This document shows positions 12,623 through 25,913 of a stretch of DNA of 64,000 nt, piece by piece (the stretch's first letter is position 1; each line of letters begins with the position of its first letter). The stretch is from assembly GCA_002269645.1 (NCBI GenBank), contig NIVC01001597.1:62001-126000 (forward strand). The letters are read 5' to 3'. Source of the DNA: Macrostomum lignano (taxonomy: Eukaryota). The notes below the pieces were generated by a model. It was not told where the DNA came from. It saw only the letters and a list, made by a program, of their open reading frames with translations, and ran no database searches. The position numbers and the translations under genes are program-made.

Positions 12623-14438
12623 GTAAGTTTGGTAATTTAAGATCTTTTTATAATCTACAAATGCTATTATGATACTAGGCCTACTTAGCCTTATTGGAAA
12701 TCTTTTAGTTTGCTATATTAAATTATTCTTGTTTTTCACACAGAGATGGTCAGAACAAGTGGAATATGACTAGATAAATAGGGCCTAGCAGGCACATTAT
12801 AAGTGTTAGGTTATTAGATAAGTGCTAGATTAGTTAATATGCCTAATAATAAACCACCTAGTATAAGAAAAAAAGTTTCTAAAAACCTTTCTTGGAAACA
12901 AGTGGCACCATAAATATTCACTGAGGTGGCTTTCAAAAATTATACCTGAAGTGCAATGCAGGGCTCTGAACTTAGCCTTGATGTAGGCCCAAGACCTTTC
13001 AATGATATCAATGTAGATTGTTAAATCATTTTAGGGTTATTCAGGTTATTAGGACCTATTGATTTCTAGTTAAGTCAGCAAATTGGCTGAAAAGTTTGAA
13101 AGAAACTAAAAAAAATTCAATGCAATTCAATAATATAATATTGTATTATTAATCAAATGTTGCTTAGCACATTGAAAGCCATTGGGAGCTAATAAAAGCC
13201 ATAAGAAAGAGATTGAAGTTCTGCATAAGGTAAGGAAGCCCAGCAAGTGATGGAGGAAATGCTAAAGTGGAAGGCACATAAGCTGTCAATGGCTAGCTTG
13301 GAGGTTGCTATGACCCCTGTGAGCAAGCTGCCAAAAATCCCAAAAGAATTGACAATTTTCTAGAGTGTTGTTTAGGGTTAGGACTAAACTAGCTTGTGTT
13401 TCTACTTTGTGACTCTGTTTTTTTATGAAAATACAAGACAGCCAAAACAAGAGACAGCCAAAAACTTTTTTCAATTAAAATTTGATGGAAAGGAAAATTG
13501 GCATTTGCTCTTCTTTGTGCTTTTGTCATTTTATAGCACATAGAAAGCAAAATATTCAACTAGTGGCTTTTTTATCTAGTTGAGCATACAATATACCTGC
13601 ATATAAACTTCTAGAAACTAAGGTGCAAAAATTTTCAGCAGGCACCAAAAGTTGCGCTATGTGTTGCTCCAAGCACTGATTATAATAAACAAATAGTTCA
13701 AAAATTAATAGCCAAAGACAAAAGGAAAAAGAAAAAAACATTTTGCAAAAAGACTGAACCTAAGTTGCATAGCTAATATAATTTAAACATTCTATATATA
13801 ACCACTATAATCAATAGACTTCTATAACTTTTGTAAGCCAAATGAGGTTCACAATAAAGCTCATTGTTATTTTATTTTTTTTGTAAACAATTTATTATTT
13901 AAATGCTTGCTAGGCTAGATCTAAGTCCCTAGGAATTAATAGCTTATATTGGATATTAGTATAAACAAATAAAGCTAACTCTTGTGATATATACATAGTA
14001 TCATTTGAATAAAATATTTCCCAAGTGGCTTTATTCCTTACTAGGTACTATATAATTTGTAAAATAGTAGATTTTATTAAGGTTTTTAAGGTTAGAATCA
14101 TAGAAATATTTAGTATCTCTTAGATCTAAATTCAGGGAAATTCTACCAACTGTTTATACTAGACTTTTAAGCCTCTTTGATACATAAAGGTTGCAGAATT
14201 CTGGAGACTCCATGCTTGTAAAGACTACCTAAATTAGACATTTATAGAAAATCCCAAGAATCTTAATAAACCAATAAATTCATTGATACTCTAAATAAAA
14301 TATGAATTTTATAAAATATGAAGCTTAACTTTTATCTAGCTTGGAAAAACAAAGTGCCAATTTGGTATCTAGGGTCTAAATTTAGGATGCCAAAATTAAT
14401 TTTTATGTCTTGGCACAAAAAATACATAGTGATTGTGC

Positions 14439-14610
14439 CATACGTGCGCAACCTTGGGAATCACCCGGCCATTTCTATTGGCAACACACACATGTAAGTC
14501 GCTATTGGCTGAGAGCAGTCACGTGACTACTATTCCATCCAATAGCGACTTACATGTGTGTGTTGCCAATAGAAACGGCCGAGTGAATCCCAAGGTTGCG
14601 CCCAAGCATG
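14439..14610. mobile_element. 172-bp palindromic MITE (P-like), copy 1, in GOPC intron 1
   Basis: 63-bp inverted arms spanning 14446-14601; 8-bp TSD gattgtgc at 14431-14438 and 14611-14618; second copy at 52867. Confidence 0.9.
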
Positions 14611-14762
14611 GATTGTGCATTGCTAGCAGCATTGAGGTCTCAGAGCTGCATACAAATGCCACCCAGTTTTGATATTTTTTATGGGTAAACAGTAGGAGTA
14701 AAATTCTTTTTAATGCCTCGCCAGCTAATTAGTTCAACCTTATCATTCACTAATTTCTCTAG

Positions 14763-15294
14763 GCCCAATTAGTAGCCCTAAAAGCAGACCTAAGCGAGGC
14801 CACCTCAGCTAAGCAGGCACTTGAGCAGGAGTGCCAGAGTCTGCTTCTGCAGCTCCACTCTGCCCAGTTAGCTCAAGCGGCCACCGCTGCTGGCTCCTCG
14901 GCTCTCCACCCGGATGCCACAGCTGGGGCTCATAAATCCGGCGAAGAGATCCGCAAACAGCTGGCCACCGACTCGGAGAGAAGGCGTCAACAGGCTCAAT
15001 CTGTGCACCTGGTGGCAGCCGAGCGGGATCTCCTAGCCAAAGAGAATGCCGATCTCCGCCATTACTGTCTGGCACTGCAGAGTGAAGTCTATGGAGCCCG
15101 ACTGGCTGCCAAGTACTTGGACAAAGAGCTGGCTGGCAGGATTCAACAGATACAATTGCTCGGCCGCAAAATGGAAGGCCCGGAGCACGACAAACTGTGG
15201 GCCCAGCTTGAGGCTGAAATTCATCTGCACAGGCACAAAACCGTGATCAGGGCTTGTCGGGGTCGGAGTCTTGGCAAGCTCACTAGGCCTAGCG
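14763..15294 (+). CDS. GOPC: GOPC exon 2 (coiled coil)
   Basis: [10 protein letters not shown]...[27 protein letters not shown]...[19 protein letters not shown]; acceptor TCTAG, phase-1 donor GTAAGT. Confidence 0.93.
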
Positions 15295-15339
15295 GTAAGT
15301 GAACACCATGTTTTAGAATTTTGATGGTAGAGATCCCTA

Positions 15340-16425
15340 ATCCTTTGGTTTCAGGTGTGAATCCCGATCCCTCAGGTGTGAATCACGATTCCTCAGGTGT
15401 GAATCTCGATTTCTCAGGTGTGAATCCCGATTTCTCAGGTGTGAATCCCGATTTCTCAAGTTTGAATCTCGATTCCGCAAGTGTGAATCTCAATTCCTCA
15501 ATTGTGAATCCCGATTTCTCAAGTGTGAATCTCGATTTCTCAGGTATGAATCTTGATTCCTCAAGTGTGAATCCCGATTCCTCAGGTGTGAATCCCGATT
15601 CCTCAGGTGTGAATCCCGATTCCTCAGGTGTCAATCTCGATTCCTCAAGTGTGAATCCCGATTCCTCAAGTGTGAATCCCGATTCCTCAGGTGTGAATCC
15701 CGATTCCCCAAGTGTGAATCTCGATTTCTTAAGTGTGAATCTTGATTCCTCAATTGTGAATCCCGATTTCTCAAGTGTGAATCTCGATTCCTCAAGTGTG
15801 AATCTCGGTTCCTCAAGTGTGAATCTCGGTTCCTCAAGTGTGAATCTCTATTCATCTGCTGTGAATCCCTATTTCTTAAGTATGAATCCCGATTCCTTAA
15901 GTGTGAATCTCTATTCCCCAGGTGTGAATCCCTATTCAAGTGTGAATCCCGATTCCTCAAATGTGAATCCCGATTCCTCAAATGTGAATCCCGATTCCTC
16001 AGGTGTGAATCCCGACTTCTCAGGTGTGAATCCCAATTTCACAAGAGTTAATCCCGATTTCTTAAGTATGAATCCCGATTCCTTAAGTGTGAATCCTGAT
16101 TCCTTAAGTGTGAATCCCTATTCCTCAGGTGTGAATCCCGATTCCTCAGGTGTGAATCCCGATTTCTCAAGTGTGAATCTCGATTCCTGAGGTGTGAATC
16201 TCGGTTCCTTAAGTGTGAATCCCGATTCCTCAGGGGTGATACCCGATTCCTAAAGTGTCATCAGGATTCTTCAGGTGTGAATCCCTATTTCTCAGGTGTG
16301 AATCCTGATTCCTCATGGGTGATACCCGATTCCTAAAGTGTAAATCAGGATTCCTGAGGTGTGAATCTCGATTCATTAGGTGTGAATCCCGATTCCTCAG
16401 GGGTGATACTCGATTCCTCAACTGT
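15340..16425. repeat. 21-bp intronic minisatellite
   Basis: Unit gtgtgaatcccgattcctcag. Confidence 0.95.
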
Positions 16426-16949
16426 AAATCCCAGCCATTAAAATCAATTTTCTAACCTTCGTGCATACTGTTAAAAATCCATTTGTTTATCCTTAATAAA
16501 ACTCAATATTTTCAATCCAGTCTCCAGTTAAAGAGGATATAAAAATGAAAATTGTTCGTCCTGGGAAGTCAGTATTTAAAAAATACCTGCTTGAGTGAAC
16601 AGGCACGTTTCTGTTTTGCGCAGGTGTACTTCTGCCATCTTGTTGCTCCGTGTATAATTATTAAATCGAGCAGGTGGCTTCATTCGTCAATAAGAAGGAA
16701 AAAGCATTCGTGAAAAAACGCCATAGTCTTTATTGTCCAGCTTTTTGAGTAATTATATTCCTAATTGCTGTTCAAGGAGGCTCTGGGAGTTTTGAGTTGA
16801 CAAAATATTTCTGTCGGTTCATACTGAACACGCAAACGTGCTAAACACGACAGAATTGCTTCTGGTTAAGTTTAAAATGCAAACTGCTTTACTGGTGTTA
16901 ATAAGGCTAGTTTTATTTTAGTTGTTTCATGCTGTAAATGCCGCTCTGA

Positions 16950-17762
16950 AGAGGCCCTCCACTGCAGGACCATAAGAGGGGGCAGGGGCCCTCCACTGCA
17001 GGACCATGAGAGGGGCAGGGGCCCTCCACTGCAGGACCATGAGAGGGGCAGCGGCCCTCCACTGCAGGACCATAAGCGGGGCAGCGGCCCTCCACTGCAG
17101 GACCATAAGAGGGGCAGCGGCCCTCACTGCAGGACCATAAGAGGGGGCAGCGGCCCTCCACTGCAGGACCATAAGAGGGGCAGCGGCCCTCCACTGCAGG
17201 ACCATAAGAGGGGGCAGCGGCCCTCCACTGCAGGACCATGAGAGGGGCAGCGGCCCTCCACTGCAGGACCATGAGAGGGGCAGCGGCCCTCCACTGCAGG
17301 ACCATAAGAGGGGCAGCGGCCCTCACTGCAGGACCATAAGAGGGGCAGCGGCCCTCCACTGCAGGACCATAAGAGGGGCAGCGGCCCTCCACTGCAGGAC
17401 CATAAGAGGGGGCAGCGGCCCTCCACTGCAGGACCATGAGAGGGGCAGCGGCCCTCCACTGCAGGACCATGAGAGGGGCAGCGGCCCTCCACTGCAGGAC
17501 CATAAGAGGGGCAGCGGCCCTCACTGCAGGACCATAAGAGGGGCAGCGGCCCTCCACTGCAGGACCATGAGAGGGGCAGCGGCCCTCCACTGCAGGACCA
17601 TAAGAGGGGGCAGCGGCCCTCCACTGCAGGACCATGAGAGGGGCAGCGGCCCTCCACTGCAGGACCATGAGAGGGGCAGCGGCCCTCCACTGCAGGACCA
17701 TAAGAGGGGCAGCGGCCCTCCACTGCAGGACCATAAGAGGGGGCAGCGGCCCTCCACTGCAG
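16950..17762. repeat. ~33-bp GC-rich intronic minisatellite
   Basis: Unit aggaccataagaggggcagcggccctccactgc (32-34 bp variants); ends ~50 nt before the exon 3 acceptor. Confidence 0.95.
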
Positions 17763-17811
17763 CGTCTTTTATTCCATCCCCGAGGCCTCTCACCCTCCGT
17801 TGCTCCCACAG

Positions 17812-18184
17812 GCCACGACTTCAACGCTCTCCGCCGTCAGCAAGGCGTCGGCGAGCTCCGACACGTTGTAATCCGACGCGGCCCCACAGAAGGCCTGGGC
17901 ATGTCGGTCACTGGCGGCAAAGAGCACGGAGTCCCTGTGCTTATCTCTGAGATACATCCGGGCCTTCCGGCCGCCCGAACCCAACGACTGTACGTTGGCG
18001 ACGCCATCGTTGCCGTCAATGGCGTGTCGCTGCGCGACGTTCGCCACGCCGACGCTGTGAGGCTGCTTAGCCAGCAGGCTGGGCCGGAGGTCGCTCTGGA
18101 CGTGGTCTTCGTTACGCCGGACGATGATAGCGACGAGGAGGCTGGGGAAGAGGGCAGCTTCACGGATCCAAGCACTGGCTATAG
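17812..18184 (+). CDS. GOPC: GOPC exon 3 (PDZ domain)
   Basis: [25 protein letters not shown]...[12 protein letters not shown]; acceptor CCCACAG, phase-2 donor GTGAGG. Confidence 0.95.
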
Positions 18185-18296
18185 GTGAGGCTGCGGTCTA
18201 TGTGCCTGTCCTTTTCATTCGTTTTTCTCTCACACTATAGTTTTTTAAGGGTTTTTCTACTCCTTTAGTGTGTTCACCTCAGGCAAGATATTGTAA

Positions 18297-19170
18297 CTCT
18301 TGATATCTCCGATTGTCACTCCTCAGATCTCCTATTGTCACTCTTGAGATCTCTAATTGTCACTTCTCAGATCTCCGATTGTCACTCCTCAGATCTCTGA
18401 TTGTCACTCTTAAGATCTCCGACTGTCACTTCTGAGATCTCCATTTGTCACTCCTGAGATGTCTACTTGTCACTCCTGAGATATCCGTTTGTCACTCCTG
18501 AGATCTCTAATTGTCACTCCTGAGATATCCGTTTGTCACTCTTGAGATCTCTAATTGTCACTCCTGATATATCCGTTTGTCACTCCTGAGATATTCGTTT
18601 GTCACTCTTGAGATATCTAATTGTCACTCCTGAGATATCCGTTTGTCACTCCTGAGATCTCTAATTGTCACTCCTGAGATATCCGTTTGTCACTCTTGAG
18701 ATCTCTAATTGTCACTCCTGATATATCCGTTTGTCACTCCTGAGATATTCGTTTGTCACTCTTGAGATCTCCGGTTGTCACTCCTGAGATGTCCGTTTGT
18801 CACTCTTGAGATCTCTAATTGTCACTCCTCAGATCTCCAATCGTCACTCCTGAAATCTCTGATTGTCACCCTTGAGATCTCCGATTGACACTCCTCAGAT
18901 CTTCGTTTTGTCACTCTTAAGTCACTCCTGAGATCCTTAATTGTCACTCTTGAGACCTCCGATTGTCACCCCCGAGATCCCTGATTGTCACTCTTGAGAT
19001 CTCTAATTGTCACTCCTGAGATCTCTAAGTGGCACTCTTAAGACACGATATTGTCACTCCTCGTATCCCACTCTCCAGGTGTCACTCCTCAGATCCATTT
19101 TTCACTCCCTAGATAGCTTTTGTCACCCTTGAGACCTCCGACGTTGTCACTCCTCAGATCGCTCATTGTC
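18297..19170. repeat. 22-bp intronic minisatellite
   Basis: Unit ttgtcactcctgagatctctaa. Confidence 0.93.
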
Positions 19171-19225
19171 ACACCGGCCAGCTACCACTGGCTGAATTGA
19201 AACGGCAAATCTCCAAACCCTTCAG

Positions 19226-19406
19226 ATTTCGTCTTTACGACGAGAGAAAGTCGGCGCCACGGGAGCAACAGCAGCCGGGAGGAGCTGCCAGCAGTTCAGT
19301 AGTCACTCGCTTTACCAACAGTAACGGCAACGACGTCTCTAGCGGCGCCGCCAACTCAGCTGAGTCGCCCGACAGCGGCCGGCCGGCTGCTCACAAAGCT
19401 CGGTAA
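19226..19406 (+). CDS. GOPC: GOPC exon 4 (last)
   Basis: Acceptor CTTCAG; phase restores GYRFRLY, similar to the HRYRLY segment of GOPC; stop TAA at 19404. Confidence 0.8.
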
Positions 19407-19423
19407 TTTAAAAAAAATCTTTT

Positions 19424-21040
19424 CCTAGTACCAAATATTACTGTGAGTAGTGAAAAGTCTGAATTTTTATGTAGCTTTAACTCAGTACCAAATACTACTA
19501 TGAGTAGTGAAAAGTCTGAATTTTTTATGTAGCTTTAACTCAGTACCGAATACTACTATGAGTAGTGAAAAGTCTGAATTCTTTTATGTAGCTTTAACTC
19601 AGTACCGAATGCTACTATAAGTAGTGATGAGTCTGAATTTTTTATAGCTTTGACTCGGTACCGAATACTACTATAAGTAGTGAAAAGTCATGTTTTACAT
19701 AGCTTTCACTCAGTACCGAGTATTACTATAAGTAGTGAAAAGTCTGATTTTTATATAGCTTTGACTCAGTACCGACTGCTACTATAAGTAGTGAAAAGTC
19801 TGAATTTTTTATATAGCTTTCACTCAGTACCGAATACTACTATAAGTAGTGAAAAGTCTGATTTTTTATGTAGCTTTAACTCAGTACCAAATATTACTGT
19901 GAGTAGTGAAAAGTCTGAATTTTTATGTAGCTTTAACTCAGTACCAAATACTACTATGAGTAGTGAAAAGTCTGAATTTTTTATGTAGCTTTAACTCAGT
20001 ACCGAATACTACTATAAGTAGTGAAAAGTCTGAATTTTTATGTAGCTTTCACTCAGTACCGAATCCTACTATAAGTAGTGATGAGTCTGAATTTTTTTAT
20101 AGCTTTAACTCAGTACCGAATACTACTGTAAGTAGTGATGAGTCTGAATTTTTTATAGCTTTAACTCAGTACCGAATCCTACTATAAGTAGTGATGAGTC
20201 TGAATTTTTTATAGCTTTAACTCAGTACCGAATACTACTGTAAGTAGTGATGAGTCTGAATTTTTTATAGCTTTAACTCAGTACCGAATACTACTATAAG
20301 TAGTGATGAGTCTGAATTTTTTATAGCTTTGACTCAGTACCGAATACTGCTATAAGTAGTAAAAAGTCTGATTTTTTATGTAGCTTTCACTCAGTACCGA
20401 ATACTACTATGAGTAGTGAAAAGTCTGATTTTTTATGTAGCTTTAACTCAGTACCAAATATTACTGTGAGTAGTGAAAAGTCTGAATTTTTATGTAGCTT
20501 TAACTCAGTACCAAATACTACTATGAGTAGTGAAAAGTCTGAATTTTTTATGTAGCTTTAACTCAGTACCGAATACTACTATAAGTAGTGAAAAGTCTGA
20601 ATTTTTATGTAGCTTTCACTCAGTACCGAATCCTACTATAAGTAGTGATGAGTCTGAATTTTTTTATAGCTTTAACTCAGTACCGAATACTACTGTAAGT
20701 AGTGATGAGTCTGAATTTTTTATAGCTTTAACTCAGTACCGAATACTACTATAAGTAGTGATGAGTCTGAATTTTTTATAGCTTTGACTCAGTACCGAAT
20801 ACTGCTATAAGTAGTAAAAAGTCTGATTTTTTATGTAGCTTTCACTCAGTACCGAATACTACTATGAGTAGTGAAAAGTCTGATTTTTTATGTAGCTTTA
20901 ACTCAGTACCGAATACTGCTATAAGTAGTAAAAAGTCTGATTTTTTATGTAGCTTTCACTCAGTACCGAATACTACTATGAGTAGTGAAAAGTCTGATTT
21001 TTATATACGTTTGACTCAGTACCGACTGCTACTATAATGA
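19424..21040. repeat. 57-bp minisatellite just after the GOPC stop
   Basis: Unit agtagtgaaaagtctgaatttttatgtagctttaactcagtaccgaatactactata, ~28 copies. Confidence 0.95.
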
Positions 21041-21789
21041 GTAGTAGTAATGAGTCTGCATTTTTCAACAGAAGCATCTATATACCAAAAATTCAATCCT
21101 ATTCATCTAACACATTCGACTATTGTTTGAAAAGAGGAAAAATGTTTGTTTATTAGCTTGTAAAGTCTTGCATAAGATACGCATAGGAACTAAGCAATCA
21201 GAGTGCTTAGTTTGGATATATGCATCTAATACAACAATCTTATTTTATTACTGTAGATGTTAAGAATCTAGCCCAAGTCTTGTCAGTAGTATCGTTGAAA
21301 TATGAAATGTAAGAAATTAGTAAAGTTTTTTCTATACAAATTTGTCTACTATGAGTAGCTTGATAGCATCTGATTGGTTTAGGGTTTGACAATTTAAATT
21401 TCAATCATGAATATATTTAATTGCCTATGTTTTCAATTAATCCATTTAGCGGTTGGTTTAGAACTGCTGCGCAATAATCTAACCAATAAAAAAGTTGAGT
21501 TCTGACCAAGCAGGCAAGTGGTGCTTTTGGGACGTGTTTTGGCAAGTTTTATTCCCTTGGTTGGCAGTGCAAATGATTCTGTTTTTATCTTTATTTACGA
21601 ATTATGAACGGGATTGTGGAAATGTTTTGGTATTAATTGAATTCTTGGCATGGTTCATCTGTTTTATATGTATTATAATTTCCTATAAGATTAGCTATTT
21701 CAGTGACAGCTTTTATTTTTGCACACATTGGACATGTTTTGCTTATCAGTTTGGTGGTTAAATCTGTTTTTATTGTTGAAGCGAAAACG

Positions 21790-22219
21790 AGACCCACAGA
21801 ATAGAGTGACACACAATGGAGAGAATGACCCACAGAATGGAGAGTGACCCACGGAATGGAGAGAGACTCACAGAGTGAATGACCCACAATGAAAAAAGTG
21901 ACCCAAGGAATTAAGAGAGACCCACAGAATGGAGAGTGACCCACAGAATGGAGTGTGACCCACAGAGTGGAGAGTGACCCACAGATTGAAGAGAGACCCA
22001 CAGAGTGGAGAGTGACCCACAGAGTGGAGAGTGACCCACAGAATGGAGAGTGACCCACAGAATGGAGAGTGACCCACAGAATGAGGAGCATGACCTACAT
22101 GATGGAGAGTGACCCACAGAATGGAGAGAGACCAACAGAATGAAGAGCGTGACCTACAGAAAAGAGAGTGACCCACAGAATGGAGTGAGTGACCCACCGA
22201 ATGATGAGAGTGACCCACA
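21790..22219. repeat. 19-bp minisatellite
   Basis: Unit gacccacagaatggagagt. Confidence 0.9.
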
Positions 22220-23002
22220 AGAAATTAATGCACTACGTTATTATCATTAGCCTCAAAGCTGTCAGTCACTTCTATCCATAAATCGCAGGAGCGTCAACAG
22301 CGGCTGCGACAGTGGACAAGATCAACAGAGCGACACAGTGGCACCAGAAAGCTCCTCAGTGACCCAGTTAAACAGTGGACAGTCTGTTTCTTAAACTTGT
22401 TAGCAACAGTTTTTGTTTTTTAAGTTGTTAAAACTTTATTTTTGCGTTTTTTCGTTGTCAGTTCAGTCTCTGTCTGTTTGCTCCTGGAAGACTATCGGCA
22501 CGCATCCAAGGGTTCTTTTGTTGTTGTTGATCCTCTGTTGCAGTCTCACTAACTCTAAAAGTTCCGTTTTGTAACTTATTAATATATTCTAATTTGTCTA
22601 CTTAGCAGGGTGATTTTCAGTAGTCAGATGCGGTTTTGAAAGATAATTTAAACCGAAAAAAATTGCTCTTAAATTTCTGGAACGCCTGAAAAGTGCCATT
22701 TTTTAATAGTAACTAATAGTACTTTAAACTAATGGATATAAACTGCTTTCATAATAATATAAGGCTCGAGTAGATGATAACTATTTTGAATATGCCTTAA
22801 TTTGGATATCTTTGAATTCTAAGAGTTATTATATGCTGCATATAAATACTAATAAGTATGTCGGTAAATTCTTAGTTCTATATTACCAGATGTTTGTTTG
22901 TTTATTAATATTTATTGAAAAATTACTACTTTATACGTGTACGCACTTTCTGCAAAGCATTCCGGTTTTATAATGTCTCTTTTTGTATAAATACTGTTTG
23001 AT

Positions 23003-23805
23003 CAGGGGTCGGGCCAACTTGCTTACTTCAAGGCCACATCAAAGAGGAAAGGAAAGGAGAGATGAGAGAGACGAGGGAGGAGAGGAGGTGAGAGGATAGA
23101 TAAGATGAGATATAAAAGGACAGAAAGAGATGAGAGAGAGACAAAAGAGGTGACAGGATAGATGAAATGAGAGAAGAGATGCAAGTGAGACGAGAGGGGG
23201 GGGTGAGACGATAGATGAGATTAGAGATGAAAGGAGAGTAGAGACGAGAGAGGAGGTGGGAGGATAGATGGGATTAGAGATGAAAGGAGAGAAGAGATTA
23301 GAGAGAGGTGAGAGGATAGATGAGATTAGAGATGAAAGGAGAGAAGAGATTAGAGAGAGGTGAGAGGATAGATGAGATTAGAGATAAAAAAGAGAGAAGA
23401 GACGAGAGAGGAGGTGAGAGTATAGATGAGATTAGAGTTGAAAGGAGAGAAGTTGATGAGAGAGACGAGAGAGGTGAGAGGATAGATGGGATTGGAGATG
23501 AAAGGAGAGACGAGATGAGAGAGAGACCAGAGAGGTGAGAGGATAGATGAGATTAGAGATGAAAGGAGAGTAGAGACGAGATAGGAGGTGGGAGTATAGA
23601 TGAGATTAGAGTTGAAAGGAGAGAAGTTGATGAGAGACGAGAGAGGAGGAAGGGAGAGGTTAGATGAGATTAGAGATGAGAAAGAGGATAAGAGAAGAGA
23701 GCAGAGGAGAGACAACCCTTAAGCGGGCCGGATTGCTATTGTGAAGTTTCAAAGGACCCGAGGGCCGGATAAAGAAGCTTTGGGGCCGGAGTTGGCCGAC
23801 CCCTG
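23003..23805. mobile_element. hAT-like MITE with GA-rich interior
   Basis: TIRs CAGGGGTCGGGCCAACT / AGTTGGCCGACCCCTG; purine-rich degenerate repeats inside; no 8-bp TSD match. Confidence 0.7.
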
Positions 23806-24217
23806 ATCTGTATGAGATAAGTTTCGCTTGCTAAGTCTGATGGATTAAAGAAACTAAATCTTTTCCCGTTGGTCATTTTCTTTTCTTATCTGGCCTGCCT
23901 TCTGTCTTTGACAGAGCGCAGTCATCTGTAACTCTATCTGAAGTACAATTATATTAAAGCAACTCTGAAGTTTCCTCATATTTGGTATTTAAGTACAAGT
24001 GTGTAGCTTTATTCATTGGTTGTTTCCGAATCTTACTAACTCCCTTTTATAAGCTGCTTGTATTGTCTCATAAAAATTGGTTTTGAGGTCTGGTTTCAAT
24101 TTTTGTTTAATTTGTTTATTCATGTTGGCAAAGTAAATTTGTTAAGAACACCGAGAAATATTGCCACAATATTTATTTATCCAAGTCCGTGCTTGTCTGC
24201 ACTTGTTTTAGTGATTT

Positions 24218-25138
24218 TTCTGGGCCATTGATTAGCTCTGCCTAAACTACATAGCCTCCAATATCTTCAGTTGCTGGGCCAGCCTCCCAGAGTGTCTGTT
24301 GCTGGGCCAGCCTCCCAGATCCTCAGTTGCTGGGCCATTGACTAGCTCTGCCTAAACAACATAGCCTCCAAGATCTTTAGTTGTTGGGCCATTGACTAGC
24401 TCTGCCTAAACAACATAGCCTCCAAGATCTTTAGTTGTTGGGCCATTGATTAGCTCTGCCTAAACAACATAGCCTCCAAGATCTTCAGTTGCTGGGCCAC
24501 CAGCCTCCCAGATCCTCAGTTGCTGGGCCACCAGCCTCCCAGATTCTCAGTTGCTGGGCCAGCCTCCCAGATCCTCAGTTGCTGGGCCACCAGCCTCCCA
24601 GATTCTCAGTTGCTGGGCCACCAGCCTCCCAGATCCTCAGTTGCTGGGCCACCAGCCTCCCAGATTCTCAGTTGCTGGGCCAGCCTCCCAGATCCTCAGT
24701 TGCTGGGCCACCAGCCTCCCAGATCCTCAGTTGCTGGGCCAGCCTCCCAGTTTCTCAGTTGCTGGGCCAGCCTCCCAGATCCTCAGTTGCTGGGCCAGCC
24801 TCCCAGATCCTCAGTTGCTGGGCCAGCCTCCCAGATCCTCAGTTGCTGGGCCACCAGCCTCCCAGATTCTCAGTTGCTGGGCCAGCCTCCCAGATCCTCA
24901 GTTGCTGGGCCAGCCTCCCAGATCCTCAGTTGCTGGGCCACCAGCCTCTCAGATCCCCAGTTGCTGGGTCAACAGCCTCCCAGATTCTCAGTTGCTGGGC
25001 CACCAGCCTCTCAGATCCCCAGTTGCTGGGTCAACAGCCTCCCAGATTCTCAGTTGCTGGGCCAGCCTCCCAGATCCTCAGTTGCTGGGCCAGCCTTCCA
25101 GATCCTCAGTTGCTTAGCCAACCTCCCAGATCCCCAGT
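24218..25138. repeat. 28/31-bp minisatellite upstream of HSF
   Basis: Unit ctcagttgctgggcca(cca)gcctcccagatc, preceded by longer related units; ends a few nt before the acceptor GCTGCAG at 25146. Confidence 0.93.
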
Positions 25139-25205
25139 CGCTGCAGCTCTAGAACACGCACCGAATCCCGATCAAAATTGCAGCCAGTCACTCTCCAGCG
25201 CTAGC

Positions 25206-25907
25206 ATGCCAGCAGTGGTGGGATCCGAGCAGCTGCCTGAGTCCCAGCCAGGCCAACAGCCCGCCGCAGGTGCCTCTCCAAATCTTCGGCGCGGACTGCC
25301 CGGCGGCCTGCCCGGCTTCCTGGTGAAGCTATGGACTCTGGTCAACGATCCCACTATCGATTCGATAATCAGCTGGGACTCAACCGGCGATTGCATCCTC
25401 ATCTCGGATGGCAACGCTCTCGCGGCCGAGGTTCTGCCATTGTACTTTAAGCACAACAACTTGGCCAGCTTCACGCGCCAGTTGAACATGTACGGCTTTC
25501 ACAAGCTGGCATCCGCCGATAGCAGCGGTCAGATGCACTTTCAGCATCCGTACTTTCGGCAGGGACAGCCGGAGCTGTTGCCAAGCGTCAACCGTCAGAT
25601 GCTTGGAGGCGGCGGCCGGTACAGCCTGGCTCTGACTACTAGGCATGGCGGTACTGCGGCAACTACAGGCGACGCTATGGATCCGCAGCAGCAGCCATCA
25701 GTGTCAGGGGGCACCGCACCGTGTGAGGGCACCTCTGACGGAGTCGACCCGGTGTCGCTTAACGGTCGCGACGCTGTGCAGGCCGCGCTGACCGAGATGC
25801 GCACGCGGCAGTCGGCTACTGACCAACAGTTGAGGCGGCTGTGCGATGAGAATCATAAACTGTGGCTGGAATTGGATAACCTGCGGGTGCAGCACCAGCA
25901 GCAGCAG
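25206..25907 (+). CDS. Hsf: Heat shock transcription factor exon 1 (DNA-binding domain and HR-A/B)
   Basis: FLVKLWTLVNDP...YFKHNNLASFTRQLNMYGFHK...FQHPYF plus heptad region; first ATG at 25206 (an upstream coding exon is not excluded); donor GTGAGG. Confidence 0.92.
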
Positions 25908-25913
25908 GTGAGG

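Noticed and set aside
15321-17824. Long repeat ORFs inside GOPC intron 2
   Set aside because: They are stop-free minisatellite translations within a well-supported intron.
19424-21040. ACTACTAT motif shared with the ends of the 141-bp-TIR element; hammerhead-like TGATGAG
   Set aside because: The match is only 8 bp; there is no CTGANGA..GAAA core with supporting stems.
24489-25205. N-terminal extension of HSF in the ORF track
   Set aside because: It starts at TTG, is repeat-derived, and lies upstream of an acceptor at 25146.
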